Positions 55,860 to 64,000 of a stretch of DNA of 64,000 bases are shown piece after piece. Numbering within the stretch: the first letter of the stretch is position 1; every line of letters starts with the position of its first letter. Origin of the DNA: Bryobacteraceae bacterium (GTDB taxonomy: Bacteria > Acidobacteriota > Terriglobia > Bryobacterales > Bryobacteraceae); contig JANRLE010000380.1 in NCBI GenBank assembly GCA_033762895.1, forward strand, positions 12,243 to 76,242. The letters run 5' to 3'. The notes under the pieces are model-generated. The model saw only the letters and a list, made by a program, of their open reading frames with translations. It was not told the origin of the DNA and made no database searches. The position numbers and the translations under genes were made by a program.

Positions 55860-57251
55860 ATGAATCCGACACGGCGTGGTTTCTTTCAGAAATGCGCGGG
55901 AGGCCTTTGGGCCGCCGCGCTTGCCGAGCGCCTGGGCGCCGAGGGCATGATGGCTCGTCAGCCGCACTTCCCGGCCAAAGCCAGGAACGTCATCTTCATG
56001 TTTATGGAGGGCGGCCCCAGCCAGTTGGATCTGTTCGATCCCAAACCTGGGTTGAGTAAGTGGGCGGGAAAGCCGCTGCCGCCGGAGTTCATCAAGTTCT
56101 ACGAATCGAAACTGGCGTTCGCCCAGCCCGATGCCGGGGTGCTGCCGAGCCCGCGCACCTTCAAACAATGGGGCCAATGCGGCACCGAAATGTCGGACTG
56201 GATCCCGCACACCGCCGCGCGGGCCGATGACATCTGCCTGATTCGCTCCATGCACACCGATGCGTTTAATCACCACCCCGGCCAGTTGCTGCTGTTCAGC
56301 GGCAGCATGCAGTTCGGCCGTCCGTCGGTGGGGGCGTGGGTGACCTATGGGCTGGGCTCGGAATCGCAGGACCTTCCGGGATTCGTGGTGCTTGCCTCGG
56401 GCCGGGGCACCTCCGGAGGCGTCACCAACTGGACCAACGGCTTCCTGCCGTCGCTCTATCAGGGCACGGTGTTCCGCAACTCCGGCGACCCGATCCTTTA
56501 TCTTTCCAATCCGGGCCAGTTGTCGCGGCAAACGCAGCGCACCACGCTGGACGCGCTGAAGGAGTTGAACGAACAGCACATGGAAGAGACCGGCGAGTTG
56601 GACATTTCCTCGCGCATCGCCTCCTATGAACTGGCATTTCGGATGCAGACGGCAGCGCCCGGCCTGCTGGACTTTTCCAAGGAGACGACGGCCACGCGCG
56701 AATCCTATGGCATCGACGACAAAACCACGCGGTCGTTCGGAACCAACTGCCTGCTGGCCCGCCGCATGGTGGAGCGCGGGGTTCGTTTCGTCATGCTGGC
56801 GCACGCTTCCTGGGACGACCATACTGAGCTGAATAAGAAGCTGAAAGAAAACTGCGACATGACCGATAAGCCGGTGGGCGCGCTGCTGGCCGATCTTAAG
56901 CAGCGCGGGCTGCTCGATTCCACCCTTGTCGTCTGGTGCGGTGAGTTCGGCCGCACCCCGATGGTAGAGCACCGGCTGGGCCGCAACCCTGACCAGGGCG
57001 GCCGCGACCACCACCCGTTCGCCTACTCCCTTTGGATGGCCGGCGGCGGCATCAAGGGCGGGCAGGTTGTCGGCAAGACGGACGAGTTCTGCATGCGGGC
57101 CGAAGAGGACCCGATCCACGTGCATGACGTGCAGGCCACCATGCTCCACTGCCTCGGGTTCGATCATACACGGCTCACTTACCGCCACCTTGGGCGCGAT
57201 TTCCGCCTTACCGACATCCATGGCAACGTGGTGAAGAAGCTGCTCGCGTGA
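55860..57251 (+). CDS. DUF1501 family protein, Tat signal
   Basis: MNPTRRGFFQKCAGGLWAAAL, FMFMEGGPSQLDLFDPKP and GRDHHPFAY...DVQATMLHCLG. Confidence 0.85.
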   Translation: MNPTRRGFFQKCAGGLWAAALAERLGAEGMMARQPHFPAKARNVIFMFMEGGPSQLDLFDPKPGLSKWAGKPLPPEFIKFYESKLAFAQPDAGVLPSPRTFKQWGQCGTEMSDWIPHTAARADDICLIRSMHTDAFNHHPGQLLLFSGSMQFGRPSVGAWVTYGLGSESQDLPGFVVLASGRGTSGGVTNWTNGFLPSLYQGTVFRNSGDPILYLSNPGQLSRQTQRTTLDALKELNEQHMEETGELDISSRIASYELAFRMQTAAPGLLDFSKETTATRESYGIDDKTTRSFGTNCLLARRMVERGVRFVMLAHASWDDHTELNKKLKENCDMTDKPVGALLADLKQRGLLDSTLVVWCGEFGRTPMVEHRLGRNPDQGGRDHHPFAYSLWMAGGGIKGGQVVGKTDEFCMRAEEDPIHVHDVQATMLHCLGFDHTRLTYRHLGRDFRLTDIHGNVVKKLLA

Positions 57252-58345
57252 TTTTTCGCCGCCTCAAACGGATGGAGGAGGAACTGTGCGCCCTCCGCGC
57301 GGAAGTCACGGAACTGCGCAAGCTGGTCCATAGCGGCCGGCACGTGGACCTGGTGGACCTGGGCGATCTGCGCATGTTCATGTACACGGGTGATTTCGGC
57401 CATCTCCAGATTGACGATTCGTGCAAAGGAAAATCGGCGTCGCCCGCCACGCGCGATCTGTTCTCGCCGCCGCTTGATATTCGCCAGTGTTACGACAGCC
57501 CCACGACCCCCATCCCGCTGTTGCTGATGGCTCACTATTGGCTGCATGGGCTGGACTTCGTCTTCTTCGACATCGGCTGCCACTACGGCGAATTCGCGAT
57601 GACCGCCATGCGCCACATCCGCGCCTGCGGCCGGCAAAACCGCCTGATCGCCTTCGACCCCGGCGTGGCCGGCAACCTGGTGCCGTTCAACCTGCAGCTT
57701 AACGGAATGCAGGACATGATCACCTACGAACGGTGCGCGGTCTCAGAGGCAACCTATCCCGCCATCATCTACACGGAAACCGATATCGGCGCCAATAACC
57801 GCTTCGTCAACCGGCCAGGTGAATCGGAGGGGGCGTCGTATGTGTGCCCCAGTGTTTCGATCGACGACTACGTGCGCGGACACGGCATCACGGAACACCT
57901 GATCTGCAAGATTGACACACAGGGCGCCGAGTATGAAGTGATGCGGGGGCTCAGGCAGACGCTGGCCACACGCCACGTCTGCTGCATCATGGAGTTCACG
58001 CCGGGGGCGCTGCAGTCGCGGGTGGATCCGGCGGCGTGGCTTCACGGATTTTCTGACTCATTTCTCCTTTTCGATCTGGATCAGATGGAGCCGCCCACCA
58101 AGCGCAGGGTGGCGGCGATTGATCCGGCCGATATGCGCCCTTTTCTGGATGCGGTGAGCCTGCGGCCTTACCAATGGAGCGATGTGCTGCTGGTTCCCAG
58201 GACGCTGCCCGGCGCGGCCAGCCTCCTTCTCAGGCTGAACGGGCAACCGGCAGACGCAGGCGGCATTGAAGTATCGTTGCTAGATGCTGAGAACAACTCT
58301 GGCGGGGCTGCTCTGCGCAGCCCTCTGCCCGGCACAGCAGTATGA
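57248..58345 (+). CDS. FkbM-family methyltransferase
   Basis: FFDIGCHYGEFAM (compare DIGANxGxxS) and LICKIDTQGAEYEVMRG. The GTG at 57248 overlaps the DUF1501 stop (GTGA); ATG 57272 is an alternative start. Confidence 0.65.
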   Translation: MIFRRLKRMEEELCALRAEVTELRKLVHSGRHVDLVDLGDLRMFMYTGDFGHLQIDDSCKGKSASPATRDLFSPPLDIRQCYDSPTTPIPLLLMAHYWLHGLDFVFFDIGCHYGEFAMTAMRHIRACGRQNRLIAFDPGVAGNLVPFNLQLNGMQDMITYERCAVSEATYPAIIYTETDIGANNRFVNRPGESEGASYVCPSVSIDDYVRGHGITEHLICKIDTQGAEYEVMRGLRQTLATRHVCCIMEFTPGALQSRVDPAAWLHGFSDSFLLFDLDQMEPPTKRRVAAIDPADMRPFLDAVSLRPYQWSDVLLVPRTLPGAASLLLRLNGQPADAGGIEVSLLDAENNSGGAALRSPLPGTAV

Positions 58346-59525
58346 CCTGCTGCTGAAGGGCGGTCACGTCCTCGACCCGAAGAACAATGTGGAGGCGGTG
58401 CGCGACGTGGCCATCCGGGGTGGCAGGGTGGCGCGAATCGCCGCCTCGATTCCGGCGGCTGAGGCCAAGACCATAATTGACGCCGCCGGCCTGTATGTCA
58501 CTCCGGGCCTAGTGGACGTCCATGCCCATGTCTACGCGGGCGTGCATGGAACCAGCGTCGCGGGCGGACCCAGCAGCGTCATGCCGGACCACGTAGGCTT
58601 CCGAAGCGGCGTCACGACCATGGTGGATGCCGGCTCGGCCGGGTGGCGTAACTTCCCCGAATTCCGCCGCACCATCATCGACACTTCAAAGACACGGATC
58701 CTGGCCATGCTCAACATCACGGGCATGGGAATCCCGAATTACGAGGTGGAGCAGAACCCCGAAGACCTGGATCCGGTCACCACGGCCCAGATGGCCAAGA
58801 AACACAAGGATGTCGTGGTCGGCATCAAGTCGGCTCACTGGCACGCGCCCAACTACCTCTCCGTGGAGCGGGCCATCGAGGCGGGCAATCTGGCCGGCAT
58901 TCCCGTGATGGTGGACTTCGGCTACTTCCTCAAAGAGCGCCCCTATCAGACCCTGGTGACCGACAAACTCCGCCCCGGCGACATGAGCACGCACTTCTAC
59001 CGCTGGCCCGCGCCGCTATTGGACGCCAACGGCAAGGTAGCCGAATTCCTCCACGTGGCGCGCAGGAGGGGCGTGAAGTTCGACGTGGGACACGGCGGCG
59101 GCAGTTTCCACTTCCGGCTGGCCGAGCCGCTGGTGAAGCAGGGGTTCTGGCCCGATTCCATTTCCACCGACATCCACGCAGGCTCCATCAACGGCGCGAT
59201 GATCGACATGCTGAATGTCATGTCGAAGTTCCTGGCCATGGGGGTGCCGTTGAATGAGGTGATCCGCATGTCCACCACCAACCCCGCCAGCCAGATCAGG
59301 CGGCCCGAACTGGGCCAGATCGCCGAGGGCGCCGAAGCCGATATCGCGCTTCTGCGGCTGGACAAGGGTTCGTTCGGCTTCATCGACGTAAAGGGCGGCA
59401 GAATCAGCGGCGCCGGGCGGCTGAACTGCGAGATGACCATCCGCGCCGGTGAGATCGTGTTTGACTTAAACGGGCGCGCGGGCGTACCCTGGCGCGAAGC
59501 GAAAATCGAATACCCGGAGAAATAG
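58284..59525 (+). CDS. amidohydrolase/deacetylase-family metallohydrolase (dihydroorotase-like), secreted
   Basis: Signal MLRTTLAGLLCAALCPAQQ, GLVDVHAHVY, FDVGHGGGSF and SISTDIH. Confidence 0.75.
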   Translation: MLRTTLAGLLCAALCPAQQYDLLLKGGHVLDPKNNVEAVRDVAIRGGRVARIAASIPAAEAKTIIDAAGLYVTPGLVDVHAHVYAGVHGTSVAGGPSSVMPDHVGFRSGVTTMVDAGSAGWRNFPEFRRTIIDTSKTRILAMLNITGMGIPNYEVEQNPEDLDPVTTAQMAKKHKDVVVGIKSAHWHAPNYLSVERAIEAGNLAGIPVMVDFGYFLKERPYQTLVTDKLRPGDMSTHFYRWPAPLLDANGKVAEFLHVARRRGVKFDVGHGGGSFHFRLAEPLVKQGFWPDSISTDIHAGSINGAMIDMLNVMSKFLAMGVPLNEVIRMSTTNPASQIRRPELGQIAEGAEADIALLRLDKGSFGFIDVKGGRISGAGRLNCEMTIRAGEIVFDLNGRAGVPWREAKIEYPEK

Positions 59526-59528
59526 ACC

Positions 59529-60767
59529 ATGATTTCGTTTTTGCTCTTGATCGTGGCGGTGAACCTCACCGGCCAGCAGAATTATGACATCGTCCTGAAG
59601 GGCGGCCACGTCATCGACCCGAAAAACAGGATCAACGGACTGATGGACGTGGCGGTCACCAATGGCAGGATCGCCCGCGTCGCGGCCGACAGTCCCGCCG
59701 CGCAAGCCAGGAAGACGGTGAACGCCAAAGGCCTCTTCGTCACACCCGGGCTGATCGACATCCACGTCCACGTCTTTCCGAGGCCCGGACAGCCGGGCGT
59801 GCAGCGGGATTCCAGTGTGCCCGCCGACGCGTTCTCGTTTCGCAGCGGCGTCACCACGGTGGTGGATGCGGGCACCACCGGCGTAAAAACATTCCCCGAA
59901 TTCCGGAAGCAGGTGATCGACCGCGCGCAGACTCGCGTACTGGCCCTGCTGAATATCGTGGCCGCCGGCATGGGCACCGGACAGGAGGATGACCCGGCGC
60001 AGTTGGATGCGCAGGCGGCCGCCACGATGGCCAAGGCGAACCGTGGCGTAATCGTCGGCTTCAAGTCGGCTCACTATGCCGGGCCCGGGTGGGAGTCAGT
60101 GGAGAAGGCCGTCACAGCCGGAAAGATGGCGGATCTCCCCGTAATGATCGACTTCGGGTACCTCAACAAAGTGCGCAATCTCAACACGCTGTTGCTGGAC
60201 AAACTGCGCCCCGGCGACATCTATACGCACTGTTACTCCGGTCACCGCGAGGAACTGCTGCCCGATGGCAAAGTGAATCCGGCGATGGTTGCGGCCCGCA
60301 AGCGCGGCGTGATCTTCGATGTGGGCCACGGCGCCGGCAGTTTCTACTGGTATGTCGCCACCGCGGCGCTCAAGCAGGGCTTCGCTCCCGACTCCATTTC
60401 CACTGACCTGCACTCGGGCAGCATGAACGCCGGAATGAAGGACATGGCCAACACGATGTCAAAGATCCTGAATCTCGGCTCGCCGCTCGATCAGGTGATC
60501 TCGATGTCGTCCTGGAATCCCGCCAGGCAGATCAAGCGGCCCGATCTTGGCCATCTCAGCGTGGGCGCGGAGGCCGATGTCGCCGTGCTGCGAGTGGATA
60601 GCGGGAGTTTCGGATTCATTGACTCGGCCGGCGCGGCCAACACCGGCTCAAAGAACATTGTGTGCGAGTTGACCCTGCGCAAGGGAAAGGTGGTGTGGGA
60701 CCTGAACGGGCGGGCGGCGGAGAACTGGCAGAAATTCCGTTACGAAAAAAAGGCGTGGACCAAGTAA
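59529..60767 (+). CDS. amidohydrolase/deacetylase-family metallohydrolase, tandem paralog
   Basis: Collinear with the previous gene (YDIVLKGGHVIDPKN, GLIDIHVHVF, FDVGHGAGSF, SISTDLH). Confidence 0.75.
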   Translation: MISFLLLIVAVNLTGQQNYDIVLKGGHVIDPKNRINGLMDVAVTNGRIARVAADSPAAQARKTVNAKGLFVTPGLIDIHVHVFPRPGQPGVQRDSSVPADAFSFRSGVTTVVDAGTTGVKTFPEFRKQVIDRAQTRVLALLNIVAAGMGTGQEDDPAQLDAQAAATMAKANRGVIVGFKSAHYAGPGWESVEKAVTAGKMADLPVMIDFGYLNKVRNLNTLLLDKLRPGDIYTHCYSGHREELLPDGKVNPAMVAARKRGVIFDVGHGAGSFYWYVATAALKQGFAPDSISTDLHSGSMNAGMKDMANTMSKILNLGSPLDQVISMSSWNPARQIKRPDLGHLSVGAEADVAVLRVDSGSFGFIDSAGAANTGSKNIVCELTLRKGKVVWDLNGRAAENWQKFRYEKKAWTK

Positions 60768-60777
60768 ACTGGATTCC

Positions 60778-62058
60778 ATGCATCGAAGGACCTTCGTCAC
60801 CTCTTCTCTTCTGGGCACCGCGGCGGCTTGGGCGGGCGCCAATGACCGTATCCGGTCGGCCGTCATCGGAGTGGGCGGCCGGGGCATGGATCACATCGAC
60901 AACCTGTTGCGGGCCGGCAATTCCGAGGTCGCCGTGTTGTGCGACCCTGACCAGGAACGTTTGGCGAAGGGCGCTGCGGTGGTGCTGGAACGCACGGGAA
61001 AATCGCCCCGGCTTGAGGCCGACCTGCGAAGGGTGCTGGAAGACAAGAGCGTGGATGTGGTCTCCATCGCCTCCTGCAATCACTGGCATGCATTGAGCAC
61101 GGTGCTGGCGTGCCAGGCCGGCAAGCATGTTCTCATCGAAAAGCCCCTTTCGCACACCTTCGAAGAAGGCCGCAGGATGGTGGAGGCGGCGCGCAAGTAC
61201 AACCGCATCGTTCAGGGTGGCACGCAGCGGCGTTCCAGCGGTGGCTACCGCAAGGCGATTCAGTTGATACATGATGGCGTGATCGGCGATGTTTATCTGG
61301 CGCGCTGGCTGTTGATGAACCCGCGTAAGCCGATCGGATTCAAGCAGCCGGAGGCGCCGCCGGCGAATCTGAACTGGGACCTCTGGCTGGGTCCGGCGCC
61401 CAAGCAGCCCTATCACGCAAACCTGGTTCACTACAACTGGCACTGGTTCTGGGATTTCGGGGGCGGGGAGATGTGCAACAACGGGCCGCACTTTGTGGAC
61501 GTGGCGCGGTGGGGCATGCGCAAGAAGATGCCCGTTCGCATCACGTCTTCCGGTGGGCGTTATGCCTGGAAGGATCAGGCCCAGACTCCCAATACACAAA
61601 CCGCCATCTGGGAGTTCGAGGATGGAACGCGAATGCAGGGCGAGTTGCGCAACCACCATACGCCGGGCGAGGAAACGGGCTGGTATTTTTACGGCAGTAA
61701 AGGAGCGCTGTACATCAGCGACGGCGGCAAGGGCGGGCCGGACAACGTCAAGGGAGTATATAAGGTGTATCTGAACGGCAGTAAGACACCGGAGCCGGAT
61801 ATGGGCCGTCTGGACGACATTGACCATCATTCGAACTTCCTCAGCGCCGTGCGCGCGGGCAAGCGCGAACTGCTGGTGGACGAGATCGAGGAATTGCACC
61901 TTTCCACCGTGCCCTGCCTGCTGGCAACGATCTCCTACCGGCTGGGGCGCGAACTGATGTTCGACCCCGCGGCACAGCGCTTCACTGGCGATGACCAGGC
62001 CAACCGCATGCTCTCACGTGAATCCCGCGCGCCCTATTCGTTGCCGGAGAAGCTATGA
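60778..62058 (+). CDS. Gfo/Idh/MocA family oxidoreductase with Tat signal
   Basis: MHRRTFVTSSLLGTAAAWA, IGVGGRGMDH Rossmann motif and EKPLSHT. Confidence 0.85.
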   Translation: MHRRTFVTSSLLGTAAAWAGANDRIRSAVIGVGGRGMDHIDNLLRAGNSEVAVLCDPDQERLAKGAAVVLERTGKSPRLEADLRRVLEDKSVDVVSIASCNHWHALSTVLACQAGKHVLIEKPLSHTFEEGRRMVEAARKYNRIVQGGTQRRSSGGYRKAIQLIHDGVIGDVYLARWLLMNPRKPIGFKQPEAPPANLNWDLWLGPAPKQPYHANLVHYNWHWFWDFGGGEMCNNGPHFVDVARWGMRKKMPVRITSSGGRYAWKDQAQTPNTQTAIWEFEDGTRMQGELRNHHTPGEETGWYFYGSKGALYISDGGKGGPDNVKGVYKVYLNGSKTPEPDMGRLDDIDHHSNFLSAVRAGKRELLVDEIEELHLSTVPCLLATISYRLGRELMFDPAAQRFTGDDQANRMLSRESRAPYSLPEKL

Positions 62059-62855
62059 CAAGGCGCCAATGGATGGGATTGCTGGGCGCGGCGCCGCTGG
62101 CTGGCGCTGGTCAAACGCTTCGCCTGCGGGCGCGCAGCCGCAAGGCTGGATTGGTGAACGAGCATGAACTGTTGTGGCGGACCAGCGAAACGGCCATCAT
62201 CATCTGCGACATGTGGGACAAGATGTACTGCCGCAATGCCACGGCGCGGCTGGGCGGTATCGCGGTGGAGATGAACCGCGTGATTGGCGCCGCGCGCCAG
62301 CTTGGCGTGAGGATCATCCACGCGCCCTCCAGCACGATGGACGTCTACGCGGGTACTCCGCAGCGGAAGAGGATGATCGAGGCGCGGCCGGCCACGCCGC
62401 CCGTGCCGATCGCCAGTTGGTGCTATCTCGACCGTAAGTCTGAGGCGCCGTTGCCGATCGTGGACTCAGACCCCTGCGACGATGAAGTGCCGGGAGAGAA
62501 GGTGCGCATCTACACCCGGCAAAACGCCGCGCTGGAGATTCGCGAACCGGACGGCATCAGTGATTCGGGTGTGGAAATGTACAACTTTTTCGAGCAGGAA
62601 GGCATTCACAACCTGGTGGTGATGGGCGTCCATACGAACATGTGCGTTCTCGGCCGCTCGTTCGGTATCCGGCAGATGACCCGGCTGGGCAAGAAAGTGG
62701 CGCTGGCCCGGGACTTGACGGACGCGCTCTACAATCCGAAGCAGCCCCCCTATGTCACCCAGCGGCGGGGTACGGAATTAGTAATTGAACATATTGAACG
62801 CTACTGGTGCCCCAGCGTGCTGGGTAGCGATCTTACGAGGGCGGAGGCGGCATGA
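62055..62855 (+). CDS. isochorismatase-like cysteine hydrolase with Tat-like signal
   Basis: MTRRQWMGLLGAAPLAGA, TAIIICDMWD and VVMGVHTNMCV (nucleophile Cys region). Start overlaps the upstream stop. Confidence 0.6.
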   Translation: MTRRQWMGLLGAAPLAGAGQTLRLRARSRKAGLVNEHELLWRTSETAIIICDMWDKMYCRNATARLGGIAVEMNRVIGAARQLGVRIIHAPSSTMDVYAGTPQRKRMIEARPATPPVPIASWCYLDRKSEAPLPIVDSDPCDDEVPGEKVRIYTRQNAALEIREPDGISDSGVEMYNFFEQEGIHNLVVMGVHTNMCVLGRSFGIRQMTRLGKKVALARDLTDALYNPKQPPYVTQRRGTELVIEHIERYWCPSVLGSDLTRAEAA

Positions 62856-64000
62856 GAGAACGTGGGATGACGCGGCGCGCCGTGTTGCAAAGGGCGGCGG
62901 CGATGGCGGCAGGCGGGTTGGTGCAGGCGCAGACCGCGCGGCGGCCGAATATTCTGTTCGTGATCGCCGACGACTGGTCCAACCGCCATGCCAGCGTGTT
63001 CGGGACGCCGTGGGTGAAGACGCCCGCCTTTGACCGCGTGGCGCGGGAGGGTGTTCTTTTCACCAACTGTTTCACCTCAAACCCCAAGTGCAGCCCGTCG
63101 CGCGCGACGATGCTGACCGGGCGGAATACCTGGCAGTTGAAGGAAGCGGTCAATCACCAGAGTATCTTTCCGAACGAGTTCCCCGTATATCCCTCGATTT
63201 TGGAGAAGTCGGGTTACTTCACGGGATTTACGGGTAAGGGATGGGGGCCGGGCGACTTTCGCTCCACCGGGTTCGCGCACAATCCGGCGGGACGCGAGTT
63301 TGTCAAATTCACGGCAAAGCCGGCCTACGCCGGGATTTCCAACAAGGACTACGCCCGGAACTTCGAGTATTTTCTCCAGCAGCGGCCGTCGGGCCAGCCC
63401 TTCTGTTTCTGGCTCGGATTCCATGAGCCGCACCGGTTCTACGAAGAGGGATCGGGGGTGCGGGCGGGGAAAAATCCGGCGGAGGTGAAGTTGCCGGGCT
63501 ACTACCCGAACAGCGCCGTTATCAGGAACGACCTGCTCGATTACGCGCTGGAGGTGGAATCAAACGATCAGCATCTTGGCAGGGTCATGGAGGCGCTCGA
63601 AAAGGCCGGCGAGTTGGAGAACACGCTACTGGTGGTGACCTCCGATCATGGTATGCCCTTCCCCCGTTCGAAGGGCCAGATCTATGAGGAGGGGTTCCAT
63701 ATTCCCCTGGCCGTACGCTGGGGAAGGAATATCGCCGGAGGCCGCGTGGTGGATGACTTCATCAATGCCCGCGACTTCGCTCCCACCTTCCTGGAGGCGG
63801 CGGGCGTAAAACCCCCGGAGACTATGACTGGCCGCGGCTTCCTGGACGTGCTTCGTTCCACCAGGACCGGGTTCGTGGACCCTGCGCGAAACGTGATGCT
63901 CATCGGGAAGGAGCGCCATGACATCGGGCGGCCCAACGATTGGGGATATCCCGTGCGGGCGATACGGACACCGGAGTATCTTTACGTGCGCAATTACGAA
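62852..64000 (+). CDS. sulfatase, C-terminus outside the window
   Basis: Hand translation; not in the ORF track because it is open at the window edge. ATG at 62852 overlaps the upstream stop (ATGA). MRERGMTRRAVLQRAAAMAAG, NILFVIADDW, CSPSRATMLTG (CxPxR) and TSDHGMPFPRSKG. Confidence 0.85.
   Translation, partial: MRERGMTRRAVLQRAAAMAAGGLVQAQTARRPNILFVIADDWSNRHASVFGTPWVKTPAFDRVAREGVLFTNCFTSNPKCSPSRATMLTGRNTWQLKEAVNHQSIFPNEFPVYPSILEKSGYFTGFTGKGWGPGDFRSTGFAHNPAGREFVKFTAKPAYAGISNKDYARNFEYFLQQRPSGQPFCFWLGFHEPHRFYEEGSGVRAGKNPAEVKLPGYYPNSAVIRNDLLDYALEVESNDQHLGRVMEALEKAGELENTLLVVTSDHGMPFPRSKGQIYEEGFHIPLAVRWGRNIAGGRVVDDFINARDFAPTFLEAAGVKPPETMTGRGFLDVLRSTRTGFVDPARNVMLIGKERHDIGRPNDWGYPVRAIRTPEYLYVRNYE

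Overview
This is a visibly GC-rich bacterial chromosomal segment. The gene content suggests an Acidobacteria (Solibacter/Bryobacter-like) genome: a PEP-CTERM protein, PSCyt/DUF1549/DUF1553 + DUF1501 pairs, a CarboxypepD_reg-type TonB-dependent receptor and many Tat-signal enzymes. That taxonomic guess is inference only. I support about 55 protein-coding genes. I recognised no rRNA, tRNA, CRISPR array, transposase or integrase. All calls come from by-eye motif recognition and hand translation; no database search was run.

Layout:
- 1-6.5 kb: three peptidase/hydrolase genes and a methyltransferase.
- 6.5-16.7 kb (minus strand): one packed operon of three HlyD-type adaptors, a MacB-type permease, TolC, mutL and an S9-like hydrolase.
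- 16.9-27.2 kb: housekeeping block rho-engB-lon-clpX ... tig-metK. The usual clpP slot is occupied by a gluconolactonase-like lipoprotein and two small plus-strand genes.
- 27.4-34 kb: a PEP-CTERM protein and a Dlt-like O-acylation cassette.
- 34.5-47.5 kb: a DUF1501/DUF1553 pair, a sulfatase, a small antitoxin-like insertion, a Tat-signal enolase-superfamily enzyme, a TIR-domain protein, a TonB-dependent receptor (TBDR) and an amidohydrolase.
- 47.5-50.3 kb: an XRE-type regulator divergent from a tightly coupled operon of four small genes, including a GIY-YIG-like gene.
- 50.3-64 kb: a PAS-LuxR regulator, a BNR protein, a nitroreductase, a second DUF1553/DUF1501 pair and a run of exported catabolic enzymes.

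The two CDSs that run off the window edges are absent from the ORF track and were recovered by hand translation.

Best candidates for undescribed biology:
1. The Dlt-like cassette, in which a Cys-to-Ser KASIII-like enzyme replaces DltA.
2. Adaptor proteins carrying Gly-rich or Ser/Gly-rich insertions, one with an embedded LTXXQ (Spy/CpxP/ZraP-like) module.
3. The XRE + small-gene/GIY-YIG operon.
4. The solitary TIR-domain protein.
5. A 549-bp antitoxin-bearing insertion bounded by 21-nt direct repeats.

None of these is proven novel from sequence alone.
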